Virus record (IMG/VR): IMGVR_UViG_3300025018_000102
Location: 86,132-150,131 of that record
Length of the DNA stretch: 64,000 nt
DNA from: a virus
Strand: one strand, 5' to 3'
Position 1 is the first letter of the stretch; every line of letters begins with the position of its first letter. The notes under the pieces are model-generated. The model searched no databases. It was not told the DNA's origin and saw nothing but the letters and a program-made list of their open reading frames with translations. Positions 1-8,892 of the stretch are shown here, in pieces. The translations under genes were made by a program, and so were the position numbers.

Positions 1-200
1 ATGGACTGAGGGCTTATCGTAAAGAAGTACTCGGCGGTGGGGCGCTGTCCTGCTGGGTCAAGCCGCCCATCCCCAATCACCTCCTGAGTTTTCAGATCCC
101 ACAGAAAGAAACTGTAGTACTTCTGAAGTTCGGCGTAGTTGGTGACCTTGCCCTTCTCGCGAATAGGCTTTGTTATGGTATCTGAGAAAGCGGAGGCCAT
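1..200 (-). CDS. Partial CDS (runs off window start), probable baseplate/tail-associated protein
   Basis: ATG at 200 immediately after the stop of 202..654; open to position 1 (MASAFSDTITKPIREKGKVTNYAELQKYYSFFLWDL...YFFTISPQS); baseplate gene context. Confidence 0.6.
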   Translation of the reverse strand, partial: MASAFSDTITKPIREKGKVTNYAELQKYYSFFLWDLKTQEVIGDGRLDPAGQRPTAEYFFTISPQS

Positions 201-201
201 A

Positions 202-654
202 CTAAGTCCAAGGAAGGGTGGTGAAGGGTGTGGCGATGAGAGTTGTACTGCCCGTACGCGCCCAGGTGTCTATGGCGATGGAGAATGCTGCAGTGGCTGT
301 TTCGTGCGTTGCGGCCGTAGACCCAAACAGAGTTGCGAAGCCCACGTTTCCTGGGGGAGGCACAGACACATATGTGCCGGTAGAAACGATCTGGAGGGAC
401 ACCTGAAGGGCCGTGGTCCTGAACGCGGTCTCCATTGGCTCAATAGCAGCCCCCGACTCAAACGCAGCCTGGAGAGCGCTGCGTAGGAAAGTGTTCGAAA
501 AAGACAAGTCAGGGACTGTGGAGAGCTGCAGCATTCCGGAGAGGTAGTTGGTGGTCGCGTCCGCCCAAGCAGCAGCGCAGCCCTCAAAGGAATCCGGAGG
601 ATCCCGGAAGAGGGAGAGTAGGTCAGTCTGTAGTTGGGCGGGGTTTAGCGGCAC
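202..654 (-). CDS. Hypothetical baseplate-associated protein
   Basis: 150 aa ORF whose start overlaps the stop of the spike-like gene; tail module context. Confidence 0.6.
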   Translation of the reverse strand: MPLNPAQLQTDLLSLFRDPPDSFEGCAAAWADATTNYLSGMLQLSTVPDLSFSNTFLRSALQAAFESGAAIEPMETAFRTTALQVSLQIVSTGTYVSVPPPGNVGFATLFGSTAATHETATAAFSIAIDTWARTGSTTLIATPFTTLPWT

Positions 655-1790
655 TATTCAACAATCGTCTTTGTGCTAAGGACGGCCGCCACGAAGCGGT
701 CTATGTCCACTTGATTGATTTTTGCGGGACCTGTTGCGGTGAGAACAGTCAGTTCTCCTAGGAAAGTGTGGAGGTCTCCGCCTCTTGGTATGCCTTGACC
801 TGCTTGAGCGTTCTTCCCGAGCTTGATGCCTGCAGACTCTAATTCTACCAGATTTGTGGCCTCTATGACAGCCTCATCCTTTGACTTGACCTTGAACGTC
901 CTTGGGACCTGAATAGACACGGTATTTTGGTCTGTGAACAGGTAGGACTTCTCGTAGGTCTGGTTGCCTCCGGCCTGTGTTGGCTTTGGGTTAGATTGAG
1001 GTATTTGAGCCTCAACACCTCCAAGAATGCCTTTTCCTTCGTCAATCTTGTCCCATACAAGCTCCAGAGACTGAGAGGTCTTGGGGTTGATTAGGATTGA
1101 GCCCCCGTTGTCTGGGTCCTCTGTCCGGCCCCAACGGCCCTCTGTGGGCCCATCCTCGCCGAACTTCAGTTTGGAGTTGGCGAAACGGGTGGACAGGTAC
1201 AAGCTGCCCTGCTTGGTGACGACGAACTCAACGCCGTTCAGGCGAGTGAGGGCACGACCACCCTGCTTGAGGGCTCTGGGAGATCCTCCGTCTGTGGGGT
1301 ACGCGTTGCCAGTAGTTTGTGGGTCGTAGAAGTTCTTTGGGTGGGGCCACCAACTGCTAATGTAAGGGGCATCTAGGCTGCCTCCCAGAAAGGACACCAC
1401 GCACCAATCCCCGTCCAACTCGTTTGGGTCAGTCTCGGATAGCGAGGACCTCAACTCAGCCCCAGTGGTCACGTTGGACGTAGGGCGAGGGAGCCATTCA
1501 CAGTAGTCGTCTAGGCCCGAGGGATGCTGCGGAGGAATGACCACGTTACTCAGGACCATGGAGGCAGCGGAGTTGGCCTCTACGATTAGGACAGAGCAAG
1601 TGTGAGCAGACCCGTGAGCATCACTTACTCGGGTAGAATAGATGTTCTTAGGGTCGTCAGATGGAGTGACAGTAAGCACCACGCCCAAAAGAGACCCACG
1701 CATCCTATAGTGGCCATAGTCTTGTCCAGAAAGAGAAAGCCCTGCTTGAATGGGCGTACGATTGGGAGATATGTTGAAGCGGCTACTCAT
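654..1790 (-). CDS. Putative baseplate central spike (gpV/Gp5-like) protein
   Basis: OB-fold-like 'GDWCVVSFLGGSLDAPYI' segment and beta-strand-rich C-terminus; follows hub gene; ATG at 1790 overlaps hub stop. Confidence 0.6.
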   Translation of the reverse strand: MSSRFNISPNRTPIQAGLSLSGQDYGHYRMRGSLLGVVLTVTPSDDPKNIYSTRVSDAHGSAHTCSVLIVEANSAASMVLSNVVIPPQHPSGLDDYCEWLPRPTSNVTTGAELRSSLSETDPNELDGDWCVVSFLGGSLDAPYISSWWPHPKNFYDPQTTGNAYPTDGGSPRALKQGGRALTRLNGVEFVVTKQGSLYLSTRFANSKLKFGEDGPTEGRWGRTEDPDNGGSILINPKTSQSLELVWDKIDEGKGILGGVEAQIPQSNPKPTQAGGNQTYEKSYLFTDQNTVSIQVPRTFKVKSKDEAVIEATNLVELESAGIKLGKNAQAGQGIPRGGDLHTFLGELTVLTATGPAKINQVDIDRFVAAVLSTKTIVE

Positions 1791-4700
1791 CTGGCAACTC
1801 CGAGAGGACATCCACCTCAGTGCCCGTGATGACTACCTCGCCCTCACCTGCGTTCACAAGCCCCAGTTCTGCATCGATCTGAGCCAGGAGGTTCGCTGTG
1901 CGCTCAGTGCTTCCTGCCCCGTAGTCGGGAGTGCCTTGGGTGTCAGCCGGAGTGAGGCCAGGGGACTCCCCTCCAGGCTCGTAGTCCGCTTCAAGTTCGG
2001 AGAAGTCGTATGGGGCTTCGCCCCAGTTGGCCGGATTGTCCAACTCGTTGGTGATTCCACGTCCGTCAAGTGTTGCCATTGTGTTGGCATCTCGACGATC
2101 TCGGAAAGTAATGCCGTTACGCACAGCCACAGGATCCGGAACATTGAAGTACTGCGCCAACCGTGAGCCTTCCTTGCGCGAGTTCTCTGCCCCAGGGAAG
2201 CCTGGAGTGGCTGGGAGGGCGTAGGCTGGGAACGGGTTGTTCGGCTGCCCTCGAGTCACTGTGAGGGAAGTAGTCATTGTGTCTGGGTACTGATAAGTGT
2301 GATTTACGTTCTCTACGTAAAATGACAGATTCCGTTCAAGGATGTCGAGCCGATACCCGACTCGGATCTCTGGGGCGGGGCGAGTCACTATGGACCCGTT
2401 CAGGTATTCCACGTTGTGCTGGAACCAGTGGTCTTGCAGAAGGCACCAACGGCCTAACTGCTTTCGCTGGTCCATGACAGTGACTGGGCGAAGGGGCGTT
2501 GGTGCAGTTGCCGCCTCAAACTCATCGATCTCGTCTGGCTCGACCTCCTCTGTGTTCGCGGAGCGTGCAAGGTCTTCGTCTTCATGAGGGCCCTCCCCGC
2601 CTCCTTCCTCAAAGTCGACTTCAGTGACCTCTGGGGGCGTAGTTCCTGCTCTAGAGGCCTCTTTGATCAGTACTCGAAGCGGCTTGTCTGCGTACTCGGC
2701 AAACCAGGCCTCTGGGTCTTGGGAGTAGATGGAGCCTGGGTCTGGAGGCCTAACGTCTCGTGGGCTAACCGAGTCAGCCACAAGTCTACGTTTGGCAGGG
2801 GTGGTCGCAGCGGCCGCAGCAGCGGCCCTATTGGCCTCAGCGTAGTAGACGTCGGGGTTGTACTTGGACGGGATCCTTGAAGTGATCTCGAAGTGAAGAT
2901 GAGGAAGAGGCGCACTAAACTCACGGCGAGGCTTTGCCCTTGAGCCGTAAGTCTTGCCCATGTAACCAAGGATTTCTCCCTTACGCACGTACACAGGGCT
3001 GTAGGCTGGATTGGCGTAAGGGGACACGCCTTCTGCCACGTACTGTCCAGAGCGAAGAGTAGAGGTGTTGGTTGCTTCCCACTTGGACTCAATGGAACTT
3101 AGATGGGCGTAGAAGCTGATGAGTTTTCGGTCACCCTCAGAGAACTGGGGGTGATGCACGCCTACACAGTTTCCATAGCCGTCGATAGCCCCAGATGGAG
3201 CGGCACACACAACGTAGCCGTCCGCGATGGCGTAGATTGGGATGGTCTCACCAGAGGTTGGTCCTGGTGGGATGTACTCATCGCTCGTGCGTGATCCTGT
3301 CCGCGCAAGAGGACCAATGTCCACTCCGTTGTGAAAGTGCCAAAACTCTCCTGAGTTAGCGTTGCGATAACGGTACTCACTCGTGAGGAAGTTCGACACG
3401 GCCTCGATGCCAGTACCCCTGCCCACGGGAGAGCCTACTTCCATAGAGAAGGTGCCTTCTCCTATGGCCTGTGTCTCGTTAGGAGAGGTAGTGACCGTGC
3501 CAGTTCCAATGTAGAACCGGGCGAAGCGGGTGCGCACCTCACGCACTCGAAGGCCGAATCGGGCGATGTGGATGGGAGTGATGACGGGAATGAAGTCCCG
3601 CATGAAGTACTGTGCGTCTGAGCCTAAGTACACGTCAGACGTCATGCCAAACAAGTTGAACACGTCCTCGTCGCTGCGACCGAGCCGAGTAGCCCGAATC
3701 TCCTTCTCGGACAGGACTGCGACGTCCATGATCTTGTAGCCCTTGGAGGGCCCTACTGCATCACGGTTGTCCGCAACGTTCATGTTTGGGACTTCGACAA
3801 TGTGCCGCCCAGGGACGTTGGGCTTGTTGGAGAAGATCGCTCCAACAGGAATATAGTTCAGCGCCTCTGCGCCTTCGCCGTCTCCCTTGATTGATGTTCC
3901 GTCGATCGACTGGATTGTGCCATAGGGGTACTCCCGCATCACAACGGATGGCATGTACCGGACTCCGTTGGTAGGTACGCCATCGCTGGCTACGTTACCG
4001 AATATGTCGTCAGGATCTCGGTCCCACTCCGTGCCCTCAAACGGGACGCCGCCAAGTGACATAGGGCGTAGGTCAAACATCAACTCGTTGATGACTTCGT
4101 TGGACACAGACCTGACGATGGAGATGAGAGGGCCCTGTTGTTGCCACATGCCCATCTCAACTGCGTACCCGTCGATGGCCTCACGCTCTACAAAGTCTGA
4201 TAGGTTGACGATGTCGAGTAGGCTCTTCAACTCAGTAGGCTCTGTTCTACGCGCATACTCGACAAGGTTAGTTCTTACACGTACTAGGAGCTGCTCGTCG
4301 CCTGCATCTATTTCTCCCAGTTGTGAACGAAGTGCTTCTTGGATCTGTTCCCGGCTTATGGCAGAGTCTAGGTCGTCTACGCCATTCGAAGGCTGCAGGT
4401 TGTCTAGAAGGCTCTCGAGGCTGTTCTGTTGCTCGGGATTCAGAGCACCGCGTAGGTCAGCGAGAAGCTTGGTCTTGGCGACCGAGTTACGGATGGCGGT
4501 GAGCCGGTCGTCCTCGTTGACTGGGTGAGCCCTTGGTAGGATCCACTGCGACCCAAAGCCCAACTGAAGGACGAGGGCGCTGGTGACGCAGTCGCTTGGG
4601 CTTCCGCTGATCTGCAGGCCTCGGCTGATCATGGAGAGTCCACCAATGTTGAAGGTGGAGTAGTCCTCCCCGCCCACATCCCTACGCCGCACAAGGTGCG

Positions 4701-5115
4701 GATTGAAGTAGACGTGCGTCTTCTCTACAGCCTTTTGCCAGTCGGAAGCAATGATGTGGTAGGCGGTTCCTGGGCCCCCCTCTTCATCTACTGCGTAGTC
4801 CTCCTCCACACGATCGACAAATCCAAAGAACGTGCGAATCCACCCCTCCCCGTCCTTGATGTCAAAGTAAACATTGATCACATCCCCCGGACGTATGAGG
4901 TTCATGAAGTTCTTGGAGGCAGTTAGCGCAAGGTTAGCTTTACCCTCGGCCTTTATGGACTTAGACAACTGGCAACTAAACACATCATCGCTGATGTCGA
5001 AAGCCTCAAAGTCAGTAGTGTGGCTGTGTACTACAACTTTGATGCTGACCTTGTACCGCCTTATGTCATCTACGTCCTTGTTATCAAAGGGCGCATTCTC
5101 TGAAAGGGCACCCAT
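1783..5115 (-). CDS. Baseplate hub/tail protein with inserted M23 peptidoglycan endopeptidase domain
   Basis: M23 motifs HNGVD, YAHL, PHLHFEI; hub-like ends (FFGFVDRV; RPAPEIRVGYRL...YVENVNH...TTSLTVTRG); downstream of tape measure. Confidence 0.75.
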   Translation of the reverse strand: MGALSENAPFDNKDVDDIRRYKVSIKVVVHSHTTDFEAFDISDDVFSCQLSKSIKAEGKANLALTASKNFMNLIRPGDVINVYFDIKDGEGWIRTFFGFVDRVEEDYAVDEEGGPGTAYHIIASDWQKAVEKTHVYFNPHLVRRRDVGGEDYSTFNIGGLSMISRGLQISGSPSDCVTSALVLQLGFGSQWILPRAHPVNEDDRLTAIRNSVAKTKLLADLRGALNPEQQNSLESLLDNLQPSNGVDDLDSAISREQIQEALRSQLGEIDAGDEQLLVRVRTNLVEYARRTEPTELKSLLDIVNLSDFVEREAIDGYAVEMGMWQQQGPLISIVRSVSNEVINELMFDLRPMSLGGVPFEGTEWDRDPDDIFGNVASDGVPTNGVRYMPSVVMREYPYGTIQSIDGTSIKGDGEGAEALNYIPVGAIFSNKPNVPGRHIVEVPNMNVADNRDAVGPSKGYKIMDVAVLSEKEIRATRLGRSDEDVFNLFGMTSDVYLGSDAQYFMRDFIPVITPIHIARFGLRVREVRTRFARFYIGTGTVTTSPNETQAIGEGTFSMEVGSPVGRGTGIEAVSNFLTSEYRYRNANSGEFWHFHNGVDIGPLARTGSRTSDEYIPPGPTSGETIPIYAIADGYVVCAAPSGAIDGYGNCVGVHHPQFSEGDRKLISFYAHLSSIESKWEATNTSTLRSGQYVAEGVSPYANPAYSPVYVRKGEILGYMGKTYGSRAKPRREFSAPLPHLHFEITSRIPSKYNPDVYYAEANRAAAAAAATTPAKRRLVADSVSPRDVRPPDPGSIYSQDPEAWFAEYADKPLRVLIKEASRAGTTPPEVTEVDFEEGGGEGPHEDEDLARSANTEEVEPDEIDEFEAATAPTPLRPVTVMDQRKQLGRWCLLQDHWFQHNVEYLNGSIVTRPAPEIRVGYRLDILERNLSFYVENVNHTYQYPDTMTTSLTVTRGQPNNPFPAYALPATPGFPGAENSRKEGSRLAQYFNVPDPVAVRNGITFRDRRDANTMATLDGRGITNELDNPANWGEAPYDFSELEADYEPGGESPGLTPADTQGTPDYGAGSTERTANLLAQIDAELGLVNAGEGEVVITGTEVDVLSELPDE

Positions 5116-7430
5116 CAGTTCACGCTGCCTGTAGGCCCGGCTGTGTCAGCAATAGCCGAGATGCGGGCTCGGAATGCGGTGGTATCTTCGGACGATCCGT
5201 CAAGGGCGTCATGGACATCAAAGTTCTGCCACTCCGATGAGCCGCGCATTTGAGCCCGTTGCACGTGTGACAGCGACAGGCCTAGTTGCTCCATCACAGC
5301 GGTCATCTGAAGTTCTCGGTAGTTGTTTAGCATGGATCGGTGGCCAAGGTTTTCCGCGGGGTTGAAGTTGCCCCCCATGCCCCTAATGTCGTTCCTGAGG
5401 ATATCACGAGTTGCGAGCCCGTTGGCTCTCTCATAGCTCACGCCGCGGTCGTTGATGTAGGAGGATATTCGTCGGGCTCGATCGGCGCCCGCGCTTGCCA
5501 TATCCATCGCGCGGTCCAAGTTCACTTGGCCCGTTACACCTCCTGAGATATCCAGTCCGTGGTTTCTAAACTGGTTCAATATGCGGGTCCCGGCGTGGCG
5601 ATTCCTAAGCGCGTCACTGCGAGTGCCCATTTCCTCCGCCAGTTCTGCGAGCCGTGCCGCTTTGTCTGCATCGGACATGTTGCTGTTCTCTACATCCGAT
5701 GCCTGCTGCATAAGAGCCTTCACCTGATCACGTGCCTCACCTCCCTCCATCATCTGAATAGACAGGCTATCTACGGATTCCCATATGCCCTTGAGCAGGG
5801 ACACCATGGCCTCAAATGCCTTGAGAGCCAAAGGCATCAGAGCGTCAACCAGGTTGTTCCTCAGGTCCTGAAGTTCCTCTACTGCCTTGGCCGAGGACTT
5901 ACCAATCTCCACCATACGATCATCGAGCGTCGCAGTTCTCTTTGCGATCTCCAGGTTGGAGTTGGCGATTTGTTGGTCGACAGGAAGGGACTCCTTCATG
6001 ATCTCTGCGAGCTTTTCTCGCATGTCCCCGCCACCAGCGTCGATAGCTTCGTAGAGTGCAGTGGCCTGGTCCATAGATACCGCGCCATTGGTCATCGTTG
6101 AGAGGGCGAGGTCTCTTGCGTTGGAGTTGCCCCCGCCTTGACCTCGGGCACCTTCCATCATCGCCATGAGGTTGTCCACGTTGCCGTGCACGCCTCGTTG
6201 GGCTTGGCGAGTGATGTCAAAGAAGTCCGTGCCTGGAGCGCCGGAGCCAAAGCCCCGCATCTGGTAGAACAGTGCCTTATTGGCCTCTGCGCTTGAGCCC
6301 ACTTGGCCAAATCCCTTCACGGCACTGTCAATGCCGTTCATGACTCCTAGGCCCCGCATGCCTTGGAGCGCGGGGTTGCCACTACGGCCCAGAAGGGCCA
6401 TGAGGCCTGTGACGGCACCTGAGTTGACCTTGCCACCAGACACGGAGGCTGCCGAGGCAATCGCTGCGCCCATAGCGGACATGGCCTCACCCGCTCGAGA
6501 GCGGTCCATGCCCGACTGCATGGCATGGGACATTGTGCGCTGGAACTCACGCTTCCCAGCAGCTCCCTGCTTGTCGCCTCCTGCGGCGGTAAGGCTGCCC
6601 ATGAAGCCAGTGACTTGCCCCACATCGCCACCGTACTGACGAGCCACGTTCTGAGCCATCTGGGTGCGGCGCAAAAGCCCCCGTCCGCCTCCAGTGGCCG
6701 CAGCCATGCCAGACATCTGCCCAAGAGTCTCAGTGGAACTGAAGCCCAGGGCCTGCGAGCGCCCAAAGCCCTGCAAACTGTACATGTCCTGTGAGTCATT
6801 GCGGCCCGTGATCTTGTTCAATGTGGTGAGATCTCGAGAGCCCTTCTTGAAGGCCATGGCGTTGTAGCCAGTGCCCGAAAGCCGGCCCGCAGCTCGACCG
6901 TAGCCCACGTAGGCTCCATAGCCTCCTCGGATGTCACTGGTAACCGCGTGCCCCACGGCCTCGGCGGCGCCACGGGCCAACCCACCGATGCCTCCGAGCA
7001 ATCCCAAGCCCATGCGCCCAAGGCCGCCTGCGAGGCCGCCTATGCCCCTTCCCACGGCGCCCATGCGCTCTCGGGCGGACATGACTCCAGTGCCCCTACG
7101 TCCCTTCTGAGTGGCGATGTAGAGGGACTGGGTCTTTCTCAGTTCAGCATTGGTGGCCTTGATGAGTTCAAGGTCTTTCTTTCGAGCTTTGGCCTGGTTG
7201 TTCAGGATGTCCAGCTGGGACTTCATCAAGTCCTTGAGATCTTTCTCCTGCTTAAGGGCATCCTTGCCCTGCTTCTTAGCGTCCTTGTTTAGGGCCTTGT
7301 TGACCTTGCCCATTGTGCCGAACGTACTCTGCTGCAACTTCTTTGGCAGAGAAGCCGCCTCCTTCATAGCTCGTTTGAACTCGGAGGTATCAGCAGATAC
7401 GTTTACTTTAATGTCTTTGTCGTCGGCCAT
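5115..7430 (-). CDS. Tape measure protein
   Basis: 771 aa helical Ala/Gly/Met-rich protein, N-term 'IKVNVSADTSEF', directly after tail chaperones. Confidence 0.75.
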   Translation of the reverse strand: MADDKDIKVNVSADTSEFKRAMKEAASLPKKLQQSTFGTMGKVNKALNKDAKKQGKDALKQEKDLKDLMKSQLDILNNQAKARKKDLELIKATNAELRKTQSLYIATQKGRRGTGVMSARERMGAVGRGIGGLAGGLGRMGLGLLGGIGGLARGAAEAVGHAVTSDIRGGYGAYVGYGRAAGRLSGTGYNAMAFKKGSRDLTTLNKITGRNDSQDMYSLQGFGRSQALGFSSTETLGQMSGMAAATGGGRGLLRRTQMAQNVARQYGGDVGQVTGFMGSLTAAGGDKQGAAGKREFQRTMSHAMQSGMDRSRAGEAMSAMGAAIASAASVSGGKVNSGAVTGLMALLGRSGNPALQGMRGLGVMNGIDSAVKGFGQVGSSAEANKALFYQMRGFGSGAPGTDFFDITRQAQRGVHGNVDNLMAMMEGARGQGGGNSNARDLALSTMTNGAVSMDQATALYEAIDAGGGDMREKLAEIMKESLPVDQQIANSNLEIAKRTATLDDRMVEIGKSSAKAVEELQDLRNNLVDALMPLALKAFEAMVSLLKGIWESVDSLSIQMMEGGEARDQVKALMQQASDVENSNMSDADKAARLAELAEEMGTRSDALRNRHAGTRILNQFRNHGLDISGGVTGQVNLDRAMDMASAGADRARRISSYINDRGVSYERANGLATRDILRNDIRGMGGNFNPAENLGHRSMLNNYRELQMTAVMEQLGLSLSHVQRAQMRGSSEWQNFDVHDALDGSSEDTTAFRARISAIADTAGPTGSVN

Positions 7431-7437
7431 TTGTTAC

Positions 7438-7878
7438 TTAGAAGGGGTTGAGGCCCTTCTTCTTTGCAAGGGTTACTGCGTGGGTCGTCGCCTCTCGATC
7501 CATGTCCCCAAAGCTGGTCGCTGAGGCATACTTCTTTGAAGATCTATGGCTCATGTTGCTGATCCGGGTAAGTTCTGTGCGGTCAAAGGCTTCAAGAAGG
7601 TCAACTTCCTTGCCCTCCGCAATCTGGCTCTCCCATCGGTCGATCATCTCGTCGCCTGTACGGAACTGGATGTTACCATCTTCGTTTCGGTGAGCTTCGA
7701 TAGGATCTTCCTCAAACTTATCAACGTAGAACTCCGTCAGCAGCGATAGTAGCGTGCGCTCTTGGAACAGGTCATGGTTCGAGGGCAGCTTGTACTTTCT
7801 CGTCCACCATCTCCCGAGCCACTCCTCGGGCTCCGGATTCGTTATCTGATCCCTGGCGATCTGTTTCGCCAGATCCAT
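7438..7878 (-). CDS. Tail assembly chaperone, downstream ORF (likely frameshift extension)
   Basis: 'RWWTRKYKLPSNHDLF' segment; overlaps upstream chaperone by 107 nt in the +1 frame; precedes tape measure. Confidence 0.65.
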   Translation of the reverse strand: MDLAKQIARDQITNPEPEEWLGRWWTRKYKLPSNHDLFQERTLLSLLTEFYVDKFEEDPIEAHRNEDGNIQFRTGDEMIDRWESQIAEGKEVDLLEAFDRTELTRISNMSHRSSKKYASATSFGDMDREATTHAVTLAKKKGLNPF

Positions 7879-8296
7879 CAGATTTACTGCTTTCGAGGGC
7901 AGCGGCTCGCCGCTTGCGGTCCAGAAACGAGTTCTCGTGGGAGATCACCTCCTGGAAAACTTTGCCCAACAGTTCAACGTCGGAGATGGCATCAAGATCC
8001 CACCAAACAGGAAAGTCCTGAAGAGCAATCTCCAGGTGCGCAATCATCGAGTTGAAGTCATCCGTTTCGGCGGGAACTCCCATTCCAGGCTGGTCGGGGC
8101 TGTGGTGGTAACCTCCGTTCAACTCGGTCTTGCGCACCCCCAGAGCAGCCATGTCCGAAATGGACATCTTCTTGGTGGTGAACTTCCCACGGTACTCCAT
8201 ATCGTCTTGCTCAGACTGATAGTCGATTAGGAATGTATGTAGAAGGTGCTGCCGAGCAGCCACTCCGTTTTTGGCGATCATCTTAGGTTTCTGCAT
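7772..8296 (-). CDS. Tail assembly chaperone
   Basis: 174 aa ORF between tube and tape measure; SD AAGGGG and extended -10 TGGTATAAT (8327-8319) upstream. Confidence 0.7.
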   Translation of the reverse strand: MQKPKMIAKNGVAARQHLLHTFLIDYQSEQDDMEYRGKFTTKKMSISDMAALGVRKTELNGGYHHSPDQPGMGVPAETDDFNSMIAHLEIALQDFPVWWDLDAISDVELLGKVFQEVISHENSFLDRKRRAAALESSKSDGSGETDRQGSDNESGARGVAREMVDEKVQAALEP

Positions 8297-8332
8297 CTAT
8301 GTCCCTTTTGCTTATCTCATTATACCAGAAAA

Positions 8333-8407
8333 TGGCGCGCCGGGAGGGATTTGAACCCACTCTTTTTGATTGGAAATCAGCCGTGCTACCGTTGACACTA
8401 CAAGCGC
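8333..8407 (-). tRNA. tRNA-Gly(TCC), partly degenerate stems
   Basis: GCGCTTG...TT-TCC-AA...GGTTCAAATCC...GCCA; mismatches in acceptor, anticodon and T stems. Confidence 0.7.
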
Positions 8408-8408
8408 T

Positions 8409-8483
8409 TGGAGCCCACGGAGGGAGTCGAACCCTCGACCTACTGCTTACAAAACAGTTGCTCTACCACTGAGCTAAATGGGC
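8409..8483 (-). tRNA. tRNA-Thr(TGT)
   Basis: Cloverleaf GCCCATT...ACTGT-TTTGTAA-GCAGT...GGTTCGACTCC...TCCA. Confidence 0.92.
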
Positions 8484-8486
8484 TTT

Positions 8487-8616
8487 TGGCACGCCTGCTA
8501 AGCGCACCCCTTGGTGCCTCAGGAGGGGATTTACCTTCGTTCTATGAGTCGAAACCAGTTCAGGCCCTTGTTGGCAGTTTTACGTCGATCCGAAGACCTA
8601 CATGCCTAGGACGTGC
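8487..8616 (-). ncRNA. Unidentified ~130-nt structured RNA inside tRNA cluster
   Basis: Ends pair (GCACGTC/GGCGTGC; CTAGG/CTTAG), 3' end reads GCCA, two internal TTCG-capped hairpins, segment resembling the tmRNA 5' end. Confidence 0.5.
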
Positions 8617-8629
8617 ACACAAAGTGCAA

Positions 8630-8705
8630 TGGTGGAATCTGAGGGACTCGAACCCTCGACATCCAGCTTGCAAAGCCAGCGCTCTCCCAACGGAGCTAAG
8701 ACCCC
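8630..8705 (-). tRNA. tRNA-Ala(TGC)
   Basis: GGGGTCT acceptor with G3:U70, CTGGC-TTTGCAA-GCTGG, ACCA end. Confidence 0.93.
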
Positions 8706-8706
8706 A

Positions 8707-8809
8707 TCGAGACAATGAGCAGGACTCGAACCTACAAGGGTGCTACCCAACCGGATTTCGGGAGGCTATCCCTAGACCAGTAGCGTTTACCAGTTTCGCC
8801 ATCATTGTC
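8707..8809 (-). tRNA. Atypical class II (Leu/Ser-like) tRNA with 8-bp acceptor stem and hairpin-expanded anticodon loop
   Basis: GACAATGA/TCATTGTC acceptor, D arm GCG-AAACTGGTAAA-CGC, anticodon stem ACTGG/CCGGT enclosing 22 nt, variable arm GGGT-AGC-ACCC, T arm GTAGG-TTCGAGT-CCTGC; no encoded CCA. Confidence 0.7.
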
Positions 8810-8810
8810 T

Positions 8811-8886
8811 TGGTAGCGCAGGTCGGACTCGAACCGACGTGCTTCTGGTTATGAGCCAGACGAGGTAGCCTCTCCTCAACCGCGCT
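8811..8886 (-). tRNA. tRNA-Met(CAT) (Met/fMet/Ile2 subtype unresolved)
   Basis: AGCGCGG acceptor, TCTGG-CTCATAA-CCAGA, GGTTCGAGTCC, ACCA end. Confidence 0.9.
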
Positions 8887-8892
8887 ATCTTG

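Noticed and set aside
8487-8616. Canonical tmRNA or hammerhead ribozyme
   Set aside because: Too short, no tag ORF ending in an ALAA-like sequence, no canonical T-loop; plus-strand CTATGAGTCGAAAC lacks the CUGANGA core and stem II
8707-8809. tRNA-Sec or amber suppressor call
   Set aside because: No UCA anticodon, the D arm is not Sec-like, and CTA is not positioned in a 7-nt loop
8408-8854. 148-aa plus-strand ORF
   Set aside because: Antisense shadow of the tRNA cluster
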